DNA of 64,000 nucleotides from an uncultured candidate division Zixibacteria bacterium (GTDB lineage: Bacteria; Zixibacteria; MSB-5A5; UBA10806; 4484-95). The stretch lies in contig CAXXKA010000010.1 in NCBI GenBank assembly GCA_963668625.2, positions 96,001 to 160,000 of the forward strand, written 5' to 3'. Below are positions 11,071 through 21,359 of this stretch, piece after piece. How positions within the stretch are numbered: position 1 is the stretch's first letter; every line of letters begins with the position of its first letter. A program made the position numbers and the translations under genes. The notes under the pieces were generated by a model. That model had not been told where the DNA came from, searched no databases, and saw nothing but the letters and a program-made list of their open reading frames with translations.

Positions 11071-11094
11071 CGAATAATTGTGGAGTGCTAAACC

Positions 11095-11847
11095 ATGCTA
11101 AATAAAAAATCAATGATAATTTTTCTGACTGCGATATTGGTTGGCAGTTTTACGGTCGGCGTGATGGCAGGCGAGTTATCTGTCAACACCGGTGTCGATA
11201 TGTACAACAGGTATGTCTGGCGCGGCCTCGATATCGCTAACACACCCTCAGTACAGCCGTGTTTGTCCGTCAGCAGTAGCTGCGGATTCGAGCTTGGCGC
11301 CTGGGGAGCTTACACGCTTTCCAACGAGGCCTCCGATAGCGATGAGATCGATTTCTACTTGAGCTATACCCGCGAATTGAATAGCGGCGTGGCTTTCTCT
11401 TTTTTAGCCACCGACTACTACTTCCCCAATGCCGGTATCGATTTCTTTAATTTCAATAACCATGATGACACAGCCGATAATGGCGATCCCGATCCGGGCG
11501 CACACACTATCGAACTGGGTTTATCGATCAGCGGCCCAGAGGCGTTCCCGATGACGTTCTCGGCCTTTTTCAATGTTTACAATGATGCCGGTAATAACGC
11601 TTATTTCCAGCTTGATTATCCCGCGAATGTCGGCGAGACCGCTCTTGATGTGTTCTGTGGTTTTACAGCCGGCAGCGAGGATAATCCCGGTTATTACGGC
11701 ACCGATGAATTCGATTTAATTAACGTGGGCGTCTCCGCCGATAGAGATATCACCGTGACAGATCAATTTTCCCTGCCACTATCTGTTGCTTTAATAGTTA
11801 ACCCTAACGCTGAGATCTCATATCTACTGGCCGGAGTAAGCTTCTAG
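11095..11847 (+). CDS. Outer-membrane beta-barrel protein (TorF/TIGR02001-like putative porin)
   Basis: Signal peptide, RYVWRG, SVQP and EIDFY motifs, terminal Phe; directly downstream of amt. Confidence 0.65.
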   Translation: MLNKKSMIIFLTAILVGSFTVGVMAGELSVNTGVDMYNRYVWRGLDIANTPSVQPCLSVSSSCGFELGAWGAYTLSNEASDSDEIDFYLSYTRELNSGVAFSFLATDYYFPNAGIDFFNFNNHDDTADNGDPDPGAHTIELGLSISGPEAFPMTFSAFFNVYNDAGNNAYFQLDYPANVGETALDVFCGFTAGSEDNPGYYGTDEFDLINVGVSADRDITVTDQFSLPLSVALIVNPNAEISYLLAGVSF

Positions 11848-11886
11848 TTGTTTACTTAGTGGAGCGTAAAGCTCGATTTGCCCCCT

Positions 11887-11916
11887 CGGTCGCGAGTTCT
11901 ACTCGCGGCCGTTTTT
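11887..11916 (+). terminator. Rho-independent terminator
   Basis: CGGTCGCGAGT-TCT-ACTCGCGGCCG followed by TTTTT. Confidence 0.8.
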
Positions 11917-12110
11917 ATTGATATTAAAACCACCGGTTATTATGCAGTATGTCGTCAGGAAAGAAATGTCAACGTTTCGCAACGGGGAGGAAAGGCCGAG
12001 CAGTAGTTAACTCATCATATGGACTGCTATGTTTTACTTTATCGTAATCCTAATAAAAATGAACTAAACCGCGGAAATTACTTTATTTAGTGCCTACTAA
12101 TGAATTACAT

Positions 12111-12193
12111 CATTAACGATTAATTCAATCCACTTTAATTTGAAACCAAATATCACTCAATATTCACTAATCCTTAATGAAACCTTAACACTT
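12111..12193 (+). promoter_or_regulatory. 11-bp-phased direct repeats (candidate PhoB/OmpR-type boxes) upstream of the TonB receptor
   Basis: TTAA/TTCA cores at 12113, 12124, 12135 and at 12163, 12174, 12185 (CCTTAATGAAA CCTTAACACTT). Confidence 0.45.
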
Positions 12194-12266
12194 TTAGGAT
12201 TTTGTTATGGAAATGTTCGAGGGCGTTCTCGGCTGATCGTTTAAGGCGGCCGGGATATGTTATTTA

Positions 12267-15209
12267 ATGATAAAAAGTAGTTCCAATGGAGGTAAGTTGG
12301 TGAGTAAGAAAGTCGACAATAAACAATTAACAGGAGTTTCGATGAGTCTTATGAGTAGAGCCCTGTTTGCCATTTTAATGACAGTATTGTTTTTGTTCAT
12401 ACAAGGTGTAGCTAACGCGGATGAGATATCCTCCGGCTCTATCACCGGCCAACTCGTTGATTCTCAAACCGGTGAACCTCTAATAGGCGCTACGATTTTA
12501 ATAGAGACCACCAAGATGGGGGCAGCCTCCGATATAAACGGCAAATTTACGATATCCAATGTTCCTGCCGGTACATACGATTTATTGATTCGCTATATCG
12601 GTTACTCGGCTGTCACCGTGCAGAAAGCCGAGGTCAAGCCCGGTCTGGCCGTTGAGCTCGACATGGCTTTAACTCCCGATGCCATTCAGGGGCAGGATGT
12701 CATAGTTGAGGCCAGGGCCGTACGAAACAACGATGCCTCCTTATTGAAGAATCGCCAGAAATCACAGTCAATCAGTGATGCTATAAGCGCCGAGTCTATC
12801 TCGCGTACCGGTAGTGGAGACGCGGCCGACGCTATCAAGAAGATTACCGGAGCCTCTGTAGTAGGCGGAAAATACATTTATATCAGGGGACTTGGTGACA
12901 GATATTCTAACGCCCAGTTGAACGGTACTGACTTACCCAGCGCTGATCCCGATAAAAAGGCTTTCCAGATGGATCTTTTGCCCTCGGATTTTCTGGAAAA
13001 TATCATCGTCTCCAAATCATTTACCCCGGAAAAACCCGGGGACTTTTCCGGCGGATCGGTCAATATCAACACCAAGTCCTTTCCTGAAACTTTCACTCTG
13101 AAGGTCTCATCCTCTACCGGCTATAACTCACGGGGCAACTTGAATGATGAGTTCTTGACTTACAATGGCGGCGGTTCCGATTGGGTTGGTATGGACGACG
13201 GTTCCAGGGCTATCCCCGATGATCTGAATTCAGGTGATATACCCCATATAAGTTTTGCTTTCAATGATCCCGAGCTTGCCAATCAGTTGGATAAATTAAC
13301 CAAATCATTTAATTCTAACATGGCGCCGGTTAAAAAAGCCAAACCGCTCAATCAAAGCTATTCGATTGCCACGGGCAATAAAGTCGATTTCCTCGGTAAA
13401 GAACTTGGTTTTCTGGCCAGTTTAAGCTATTCGAATAAATATTCATTATACGAAAACGGCGAGGTCGGCAAGTATCGTCTCTCCGGCAGCACTAACCAAA
13501 CCTACTCGCTTACCAACGACTACAAGTTGACTGATACCAAAGGCTCGAGCGAGGTGTTATGGGGTGGACTAATGACGGCCTCTTGCAAACTCAATAACGA
13601 AAACGAACTCGGATTCAATTTCATCCACACCCAGAGCGGCGAGTCTGCTACGCGCTACCTTACCGGTCAGTTCTTTGATGGCAACCTTCCGCAGAATGCC
13701 ATATATCAAACCCGTGTACTTCAATACACCGAAAGATCATTGAACTCCACCCAGCTAAGCGGTAAGCATTACCTCGGATTATTCAGCGGTATGAATGTTA
13801 AATGGAGCGGTACTTACTCCGCCAACGAGCAGGATGAGCCGGACGTAAGATATTTCTCGAATCACTATATCGTAACAGAATCGGATACGTTCTATACCAT
13901 TCGGCCTTCCATGTATCAGGTGCCGCAGAGGCATTTCCGCAACATGCAGGAGGACAGCTACAATTTCGATACAAAAGCCTCGATCCCGTATATACAGTGG
14001 TCGGGTCTTTCCGGGAAATTCGATTTCGGCGCTTATTTTTCCCATAAAGACAGAAGTTTCCGTCAGAGAGTATTCGAAATTCAAAATCAGGATGTAAATG
14101 CTTATAACGGCGATGCCAACGAGTATTTCTCTGATAGCAACTCCGGTATAATCGATAGCACCGGTGGGTTTTACACTTTCGGTAATTATGTCGTGGAGAA
14201 CTCCGAGCTCAGGGCTAACTATGATGGCGATCTGGATGTCATAGCCGGTTTCGCTATGATCGATATGCCTCTGATGGTTGATCTACGTTTCATCGGCGGT
14301 CTTCGTGTGGAAAAAACCGACATGGAAGTACAAACCTGGGATAATTCATACGATCCCGGAATTCTCGATGATATGGATCTGCTGCCCTCGGCGGGATTAG
14401 TCTATCAGCTTTCGGAAAACATGAATCTGAGAACGTCATATGGTAGAACCCTGGCCAGGCCTACTTTCAGAGAACTTGCTCCGTTTCCATCCTACGACTA
14501 CGCCAACGGCAACCAGGTAATCGGCAATCCTAACCTCGAACGCACCCTGATCGATAATGTCGATTTTCGCTGGGAATGGTTCGACCGTCCGGGGGAGATT
14601 ATCGCCGCCAGCGTATTCGGTAAACAGTTCCGGAATCCTATCGAGAGAACTATCATTAACGATAACGGCGAAATCCAGTACACCAACGTGGATGAAGCGA
14701 GGGTATACGGCGTGGAATTCGAGATGAGGAAAAAGCTGGATGTAATTCATACGATGCTGTCGAATTTCCAACTCGGTGCTAACCTGTCTTTGATCAGGTC
14801 CGAGGTTGATATACCCGAGGAAGAGATGAATCAGATCAGTACCTATGATGAGAACGCGGATGACACCCGTCCGCTGCAGGGACAGTCGCCGTATCTACTT
14901 AATATCGATTTATCTTATAATAATCATGATACCAGGACGGTTGCCGGACTCAGTTTCAATGTTTTCGGTGAACGGATATCCGAGGTCAGTAAAGGCGGTA
15001 CCCCGGATGTTTACGAGCAACCTCAACCGAGTTTGAATCTCCTCTTCAGCCAGAATTTGATCGGAGGTCTGGGATTCAAATTCTCGGCAAAGAACATATT
15101 CGACTCCTCGGTGAAAAAAGTTCATCATTTTAAAGGTAATGATTTCATCAAAGAGGAATATAAATATGGCCGCTCGTTCTCGTTCGGTTTGAGTTACAAT
15201 ATTTCATAA
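12267..15209 (+). CDS. TonB-dependent receptor (probable start GTG 12300)
   Basis: CarboxypepD_reg-like N-domain (GEPLIGATI), plug YIRGLGDRY, barrel RPTFRELAPF and GNPNL; GGAGGT RBS before 12300. Confidence 0.92.
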   Translation: MIKSSSNGGKLVSKKVDNKQLTGVSMSLMSRALFAILMTVLFLFIQGVANADEISSGSITGQLVDSQTGEPLIGATILIETTKMGAASDINGKFTISNVPAGTYDLLIRYIGYSAVTVQKAEVKPGLAVELDMALTPDAIQGQDVIVEARAVRNNDASLLKNRQKSQSISDAISAESISRTGSGDAADAIKKITGASVVGGKYIYIRGLGDRYSNAQLNGTDLPSADPDKKAFQMDLLPSDFLENIIVSKSFTPEKPGDFSGGSVNINTKSFPETFTLKVSSSTGYNSRGNLNDEFLTYNGGGSDWVGMDDGSRAIPDDLNSGDIPHISFAFNDPELANQLDKLTKSFNSNMAPVKKAKPLNQSYSIATGNKVDFLGKELGFLASLSYSNKYSLYENGEVGKYRLSGSTNQTYSLTNDYKLTDTKGSSEVLWGGLMTASCKLNNENELGFNFIHTQSGESATRYLTGQFFDGNLPQNAIYQTRVLQYTERSLNSTQLSGKHYLGLFSGMNVKWSGTYSANEQDEPDVRYFSNHYIVTESDTFYTIRPSMYQVPQRHFRNMQEDSYNFDTKASIPYIQWSGLSGKFDFGAYFSHKDRSFRQRVFEIQNQDVNAYNGDANEYFSDSNSGIIDSTGGFYTFGNYVVENSELRANYDGDLDVIAGFAMIDMPLMVDLRFIGGLRVEKTDMEVQTWDNSYDPGILDDMDLLPSAGLVYQLSENMNLRTSYGRTLARPTFRELAPFPSYDYANGNQVIGNPNLERTLIDNVDFRWEWFDRPGEIIAASVFGKQFRNPIERTIINDNGEIQYTNVDEARVYGVEFEMRKKLDVIHTMLSNFQLGANLSLIRSEVDIPEEEMNQISTYDENADDTRPLQGQSPYLLNIDLSYNNHDTRTVAGLSFNVFGERISEVSKGGTPDVYEQPQPSLNLLFSQNLIGGLGFKFSAKNIFDSSVKKVHHFKGNDFIKEEYKYGRSFSFGLSYNIS

Positions 15210-15220
15210 TTAACAGATGT

Positions 15221-15474
15221 CACTACTGTCCGGCCTTTCCATCTCGTTGCGAAGCGCTGCTTCGCAATGTGGCTTTTTTGCCTGTAGAATGCGCACTCTA
15301 CATGACTCAAGAAGGTTTCCAGGCAGCGCTTGGAAACCAGGAAACTAAGCCTAACATCGGCAGGACATATCAGGATGCATAATACGCTGAATATAATAAT
15401 TATATCGGGAAAATTCTTTCACTAACAATTCCAAGGAGAATTTAATAGACACTGAAAAACACCGGACACTAATG
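15221..15474 (+). mobile_element. MITE family A copy 2
   Basis: TIRs CACTACTGTCCGG / CCGGACACTAATG; 9-bp TSD AACAGATGT at 15212-15220 and 15475-15483. Confidence 0.92.
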
Positions 15475-15626
15475 AACAGATGTATAATTTAAAACAAACC
15501 CAAGCTTAACAAAACTTGAATAAAGGATATCTATCCTTAACGTGAAGTTTGGCTTTGTTAGAAGTAAGTGAAATAATACTAATGCAGGAAAAATTAAACC
15601 CAAATGAAAATCGATGTGGAGGAAAG

Positions 15627-17036
15627 ATGCATCATAAATCTCGAAAAATGTTGAAAATACTAGGATTGCTTTTCGCCGTAGTGATGATCGCTATGATAAG
15701 CGGTTGTAGTGATGATGACGAATCATCAACCGGCCCCGATGACAACGATTCATCGTACGTATATATATTCGATGATACCATCGAGCCGGGCGACAGCGTT
15801 CATCTGATTGCCGGCGAAAACTATCTCGCCAGCGGTTTCGTGTTCGTAGATAGCGGAGCTATCCTTTCAATGGATCCAGGTACGGTCGTGAAATTCAGAC
15901 CCGGCCAGGGTGTAAACGCCAGCGCGCTTATCGTTGCTCGCTATGGTAAAATCTACGCCAACGGCACCGCCGACAACCCGATCATCCTCACCGCCCAGGC
16001 TGATGACGTTGACGATCCCGGCGATCTGCCTTTGACCGCTAAAGGTCTGTGGGGCGGCCTCATCATTCTCGGTGATGCTCCCAATAACAACACTGATGGT
16101 ATTGGCCAGGTAGAGGGTATCCCCTCCGATGAGGAGCGCGGAGCTTTCGGTGGCGATAACTCTGCCAGCAATTCAGGTGTAGTTCGCTATGTATCGATCC
16201 GTCACGGTGGATCGGAAATCGGCGCCGGTAACGAGATCAACGGCCTTACCTTAGGTTCGGTCGGTAGCGGTACTACTATCGAGTATATCGAAGTATTCTC
16301 CAACCTCGATGACGGCGTAGAATTCTTCGGCGGCACCGTAAATACCAAGCATATCGCCGTTGCTTTCTGCGGTGACGATTGCTACGATTATGACGAAGGT
16401 TTCAATGGTAAGGGTCAGTTCTGGTTCGCTATCCAGATGGCTACCGATGGTAACCGTGGTGGCGAGCATGACGGCGCTACCGGTAACGAGCAGGCTACCC
16501 CTTATGCAATTCCGGTTATCTCCAACGCCACTTATATCGGTTCAGGCACAGGCGCATCCAATGCCGATAACGACTACGCGATCATCATGCGCGACAACGC
16601 CGGCGGCCAATACTACAACAGTATCTTCTACGATTTCGTAGGCGGTGGCCTCACCGTTGAGGATATGCCTTCTTCGACGCACCCTGAGGACAGCCGTGGC
16701 AGACTTGAAGACGGCGACATGATTTTTGAAAACAACGTATGGTACAGCTTCGGCGCCGGCAATACCGCCGAGGGGATCTGGGACCAGGATTTCGTAAGAA
16801 CTTATATGACCGATCCCAATAACGACAATGATATTGTCGATCCGGTTTTCGGCGGTGTAAGCCGTTCCGGCGGTGGCCTCGATCCGAGACCCTCAGCTGC
16901 GGAAGCAACCTCAGGAGCTGATATCCCGGGTGACTCATTCTTCGACCAGGTTTCGTATAAAGGCGCGTTCGATCCCTCGGGCACGCTCTGGCTCAGCAGT
17001 TGGACAGCTCTTTCCGAGTACGGTTTCGTTCAGTAA
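15627..17036 (+). CDS. Acidic surface lipoprotein, probably beta-helical, partner of the TonB receptor
   Basis: GGAGG RBS before ATG 15627; lipobox ISG-C; WGGLIILG, NEINGLTLGSVGSGT and DDGVEFFGGTV motifs. Confidence 0.75.
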   Translation: MHHKSRKMLKILGLLFAVVMIAMISGCSDDDESSTGPDDNDSSYVYIFDDTIEPGDSVHLIAGENYLASGFVFVDSGAILSMDPGTVVKFRPGQGVNASALIVARYGKIYANGTADNPIILTAQADDVDDPGDLPLTAKGLWGGLIILGDAPNNNTDGIGQVEGIPSDEERGAFGGDNSASNSGVVRYVSIRHGGSEIGAGNEINGLTLGSVGSGTTIEYIEVFSNLDDGVEFFGGTVNTKHIAVAFCGDDCYDYDEGFNGKGQFWFAIQMATDGNRGGEHDGATGNEQATPYAIPVISNATYIGSGTGASNADNDYAIIMRDNAGGQYYNSIFYDFVGGGLTVEDMPSSTHPEDSRGRLEDGDMIFENNVWYSFGAGNTAEGIWDQDFVRTYMTDPNNDNDIVDPVFGGVSRSGGGLDPRPSAAEATSGADIPGDSFFDQVSYKGAFDPSGTLWLSSWTALSEYGFVQ

Positions 17037-17058
17037 ACAAGTCTTTTCCTTGATAGAT

Positions 17059-17093
17059 AAAGCGTGGAGGATAAGTTCCCTTCACGCTTTTTT
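17059..17093 (+). terminator. Rho-independent terminator
   Basis: AAAGCGTGGAGG / CCTTCACGCTTT followed by a T-run. Confidence 0.8.
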
Positions 17094-17236
17094 ATTGTAA
17101 TAGGGGGGAGCGAAAAGGTCGACATCGAGCCAATGATGAGCAAGCGTACGTCAGGAGGGAAGTTATGATATTCCGGTGCGAATACGCGCCCATTTTCCCG
17201 CTTGCAGTTAGAGGAGTATTAAATTAAACTTCCTAT

Positions 17237-18925
17237 ATGATTAAGATAACTTTAAGCAAAGCGCTCCTGGTCTTATTGCTTTTGCTACTCGCGCTATCAT
17301 CTAGTTGTAAATCACTCGAGGAAAAGATAGTTCGTTACCTGGATGCCGCCCATCAAAACTGGAAATTCGAGGGGACAGTACTTATCGCTTATCACGGCAA
17401 GGTTGTTTTCAGTAGGGGATACGGATACGCGAATCAGGAGATAGGCCGGTCCAATACGACTCGAACGAAATTCTTCATCGGATCTATCACGAAGCAATTC
17501 ACAGCCGCCGCGATATTGAAACTTCAAGAGGATGGGCTTCTCGATGTCAGCGATCCGATTTCGCACTACCTTCCCGATTACCCTAAACCGAACGCCGATA
17601 AAATAACCATTCATCACCTGTTAACCCATGGCTCGGGCATTCCTGATTACCTTAGCAATCCTGAAATTCTGCTCAGGAGAACCAGGGAGATCGAAATCGA
17701 TAATCTGATGAAGGCGATAATTAACGAAAAACTGCTGTTCGAGCCGGGTACGGGTTTTAGCTACAGCAATTCGAATTATATAATACTCGGCGCGATTATC
17801 GAGAAAGTATCCGGGCAGTCCTACGAGGCGTATCTCCATAACAAGATATTCAAACCTGCCGGGATGTTAAATTCCGGGTACGCGCGAAGAGAGGCTGGCC
17901 TTCCGGATAGAGCCGATGGTTACACGATCGAGGAACATGGCAAACTTTTGGAGGCCTTGCCCGTACATTTTTCGATTTTGCACACGGCCGGGGCGCTGTA
18001 TTCGACCGTTGAGGATATGTTAAAATGGGATCGGGCGTTATATGATGATAAAATCTTAACCAGTGGATCGGTTAAAGCTATGCTTACGCCGTATACTAAC
18101 GGTTATGGCTATGGCTGGGTTATTGAAAATAAATATGGTCGTGTACACGCGTTTCACGGCGGGTTCGTGGATGGTTACAACTGCACTTTTGACAGGTGGC
18201 TTGATGATGAGCTTTGTGTTGTGGTGTTCAGCAATGAGGACGAGGCGCCGGTCAAGAAAATAGCGCGAGGGCTGGCGGCGATAGCGTTTGGCATGGACTA
18301 TGTCTTCCCGATCAGGAAAACTCCTATAGATAACGAACATATCGATCCGGGGCAGTATGCCGGTATATACCGGATAGATGATAATTTATATAGGTACGTC
18401 ACTCAAGAAAACGACAGTTTATATACGAACCTCCTCGCTCAGCCACGACAGTTGTTGCTGCCTCAAGCACCCGATACTTTTTATTTCATGCTCGATAATA
18501 CCGAGTTATTGTTTTTCGTTAGAAACGATCACGGCGATATAATCGAATGCTTTTTCGAGGATGACCTGGGGGCGATAAAAGCTGAGCTACTGGATAGAAG
18601 TATAAGTGACAGCCTGATGAACGCCAAAAAGGAAATAGTATTACCTCTGGGTATAAGTAAAAAATATGTCGGTATATACCAGTTGGAATCGGAGTTCGCC
18701 GATAGCAATTTGAATTTTACGCTTGAGATAATGTATGCGGGTGGAAAACTAATTGCCGGCGTGATGGGTGAGGATTTCGTCGAGATGTTTCCGGCATCCC
18801 AAACCGAGTTCTTCCACAGGGTTGCCGATTTCAGGATCGAATTTATTCTGGATATTAACTCCGAGGTAACGGGCTGTATTATTAAAATGGGCGGGGATGA
18901 TATCTATGGACGGAAAATCCGGTAG
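17237..18925 (+). CDS. Serine hydrolase (class C beta-lactamase/AmpC-like) with C-terminal DUF3471-like domains, probable lipoprotein
   Basis: SxxK (GSITKQF), LLTHGSG, YSN and HGG motifs; signal peptide ending SSSC. Confidence 0.85.
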   Translation: MIKITLSKALLVLLLLLLALSSSCKSLEEKIVRYLDAAHQNWKFEGTVLIAYHGKVVFSRGYGYANQEIGRSNTTRTKFFIGSITKQFTAAAILKLQEDGLLDVSDPISHYLPDYPKPNADKITIHHLLTHGSGIPDYLSNPEILLRRTREIEIDNLMKAIINEKLLFEPGTGFSYSNSNYIILGAIIEKVSGQSYEAYLHNKIFKPAGMLNSGYARREAGLPDRADGYTIEEHGKLLEALPVHFSILHTAGALYSTVEDMLKWDRALYDDKILTSGSVKAMLTPYTNGYGYGWVIENKYGRVHAFHGGFVDGYNCTFDRWLDDELCVVVFSNEDEAPVKKIARGLAAIAFGMDYVFPIRKTPIDNEHIDPGQYAGIYRIDDNLYRYVTQENDSLYTNLLAQPRQLLLPQAPDTFYFMLDNTELLFFVRNDHGDIIECFFEDDLGAIKAELLDRSISDSLMNAKKEIVLPLGISKKYVGIYQLESEFADSNLNFTLEIMYAGGKLIAGVMGEDFVEMFPASQTEFFHRVADFRIEFILDINSEVTGCIIKMGGDDIYGRKIR

Positions 18926-18965
18926 CAGGAAGTTAAAGTAATTTACCGTCCGGCGGTTGATACCC

Positions 18966-19160
18966 TCAACTGATATTAATCCTGTAGCCGACACGCCTTA
19001 TAGCCTCGATATACCTGCCGTATTTGCCAGGCTTCCTTCTCAAAGAAACCATCTGTACGTCGATTATTCTGTCGGCGGCCAGGTATCCTTTATGCCTTAT
19101 GGCCACCAATAGCTGTTTACGGGAAAATACCCATCTGGGTTTATTGGCCAACCATGCTTT
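18966..19160 (-). pseudogene. Remnant of an OmpR/PhoB-family response regulator (winged-helix end only)
   Basis: KPRWVFSRKQL...DRIIDVQMVSLRRK...YIEAIRRVGYR; no receiver domain; Pro replaces the conserved Leu of RKL. Confidence 0.7.
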
Positions 19161-19288
19161 CTTTGTTGAATGAAATAAACGAAGCCGTAAAATAAAATGT
19201 TATCCGAAGCTATAAGCGCCTGTCTAGGGGATTATCCTGGATTGAGCCTGAATTACTCGTTAACTAACTTGTCGATATTCGAACCCAT

Positions 19289-21166
19289 CTACTCTGTTGA
19301 TGCCGTTTTGTTTTCCTGATAAAAACAGCTGATCTCATCAATGACCGTTTTTAGCATATGCGGGGATGGCGCGGGCGCTTTGATGTTCACATCATATAAT
19401 TTATATTTTTTAACGTACATCGGATAAATTTCATAGACATTATCACCGAATATGAACGCGTGATTAATATAGTTTCTGGATACAATCGGTCTTTCTTTCA
19501 ATTGCTTTTCGAATAAGTACCTGCCGTTACTGTAATCTTTCATGTCATTCGTGCATCCATAAATATCGCGCATTATTGTTGGAATGATATCGATGTGAGT
19601 AGTAGGGTAATTGATTACTTGCGGTTCTTTACCTGGTATGTAAACAACCAGCGGAACCATTACCTGGTATTTGGTGAAATTGCTGCCATGCCCCCAGTAA
19701 TTGGCTCGATTATCATTCAGCTCATCGGAATGATCCGTAGAAATGATAATGATCGTATTTTCCATTCCACCGAGCGAACAAACCTCCTGCAATATTTTGC
19801 CTATCAGAGCGTCTACGTAGTGGGTAGCATTTTTATAATCATTCATGTATGGTTCCGGATCAGTATCATCGTCAGTCAGAATAAAATTAATATTAGCAGC
19901 TGGCAGGAATATCGAATCATCCTCAGGGTAATCATAAGGGAAGTGATCGGATTTGTAAAATGCGAATGCCATATACGGAGATTGAGTTTCAGCCTGCTCG
20001 TGAATAAACTCGATCGTTTTACGCGTTAGATCTTCATCCTGCTCAACGATTGATTTTCCGGCGAATGATTCGTCGACCTCGATTCCTCGAAATATCGTGT
20101 CTTTAATTTTGTGCCGATTAAAATTCGATTTGGCGTATACTCCGAATGAGTAATCGTTTTCCTCCAGCATATCTATGAATACCGGGTTATCTATCATCGA
20201 ACTGTTTGCTTTAACCGAGGTCCAGTAAGTTGGATGGATTGCATAAAAAAATCCGAAAATCCCCGATACAGTGGAGTTCCCCGAACTGAAATGATTGTTA
20301 AACACCGATGATTTTTGCCCGAGCTCGTATATGTTAGGAGTGATCTCCTCGGTCATTGCATCGAAACGCCAACTTTCCAGGAAAATAACGAGTATGTTGG
20401 GATTATCGTACTCCGTGGATTGTCTAAATTCTAAATCCCTGCGTGGATAGTTCAACGAACTATTCTTTTCCGCGATATCTTGTTCGATCGGTTCATCCGA
20501 CAATGGCAGGAGATCTCCGTATTTTCTGGCATCCCTGCGTGAGATGATTGGAATATATAAAGGAAGATGAGGTGTTATGCCGGTAATTCTAATATCGTTT
20601 TTTTCGTACGCTACTATATGAATAACCTGACTGATCGCAAATGCAGATATCACTATAATTAAAAATGTAACAACCAAATATTTCACTTTTTTGATTTTGT
20701 GACTGATTTTTAAGATTCCTATTTCAAGGGCTATGACTGCGAGAAAAACTAAAAATACGTTTCGAAACGTAGACGCAGGTAAGCCGAATCCATCATGATC
20801 GTTAATAATAACTTCCAGCCAGAAAAGGTCTATATGAAGTTTGGAAATTAAATAAACGAAATGATCGACTAATAAATAGTAAATATATATAGAGATAATA
20901 GCTATAATCGAAAATATCCTTATTGGCTTGACCGGGTAAAAAATGAAAAATGGAATTGATGTTAGCAAGAAGATCACTAAAACGTAATATCCGATTATTA
21001 CGCAAAACAGGTAAAAAAACTGAAACAAGCTGAAGTCGGGATGTTTAATATTAGAAATGAGAAGTAAAAATATCACCGGCACGTTCAACAGCAGAACCAT
21101 TATCAAGTTTCGGTACTGGTCAGCGAAATTATGAACGTTTAATTTCGAGAAAAAACCGTCTAACAT
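19289..21166 (-). CDS. YejM/PbgA-like membrane-anchored sulfatase-fold protein (DUF3413)
   Basis: About 5 N-terminal TM helices, then PNILVIFLESWRFD, HFSSGNST and WGHGSNF. Confidence 0.8.
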   Translation of the reverse strand: MLDGFFSKLNVHNFADQYRNLIMVLLLNVPVIFLLLISNIKHPDFSLFQFFYLFCVIIGYYVLVIFLLTSIPFFIFYPVKPIRIFSIIAIISIYIYYLLVDHFVYLISKLHIDLFWLEVIINDHDGFGLPASTFRNVFLVFLAVIALEIGILKISHKIKKVKYLVVTFLIIVISAFAISQVIHIVAYEKNDIRITGITPHLPLYIPIISRRDARKYGDLLPLSDEPIEQDIAEKNSSLNYPRRDLEFRQSTEYDNPNILVIFLESWRFDAMTEEITPNIYELGQKSSVFNNHFSSGNSTVSGIFGFFYAIHPTYWTSVKANSSMIDNPVFIDMLEENDYSFGVYAKSNFNRHKIKDTIFRGIEVDESFAGKSIVEQDEDLTRKTIEFIHEQAETQSPYMAFAFYKSDHFPYDYPEDDSIFLPAANINFILTDDDTDPEPYMNDYKNATHYVDALIGKILQEVCSLGGMENTIIIISTDHSDELNDNRANYWGHGSNFTKYQVMVPLVVYIPGKEPQVINYPTTHIDIIPTIMRDIYGCTNDMKDYSNGRYLFEKQLKERPIVSRNYINHAFIFGDNVYEIYPMYVKKYKLYDVNIKAPAPSPHMLKTVIDEISCFYQENKTASTE

Positions 21167-21359
21167 CTAAATTCTTTCCACTAGCTAATTCGATTGTCCA
21201 AAAATTACTTACTCCACTAATCGAATATTTCTGTTTCGAGGTTTACATACACGTTAAAATAATAGTGCTCCTCGTATCGGAATTCCTCGAACATCTCCGA
21301 TTCCTGGTCTAGTGGATACTTATTTTATATAAGTAATCATATACGAAATCAAGTACAAT

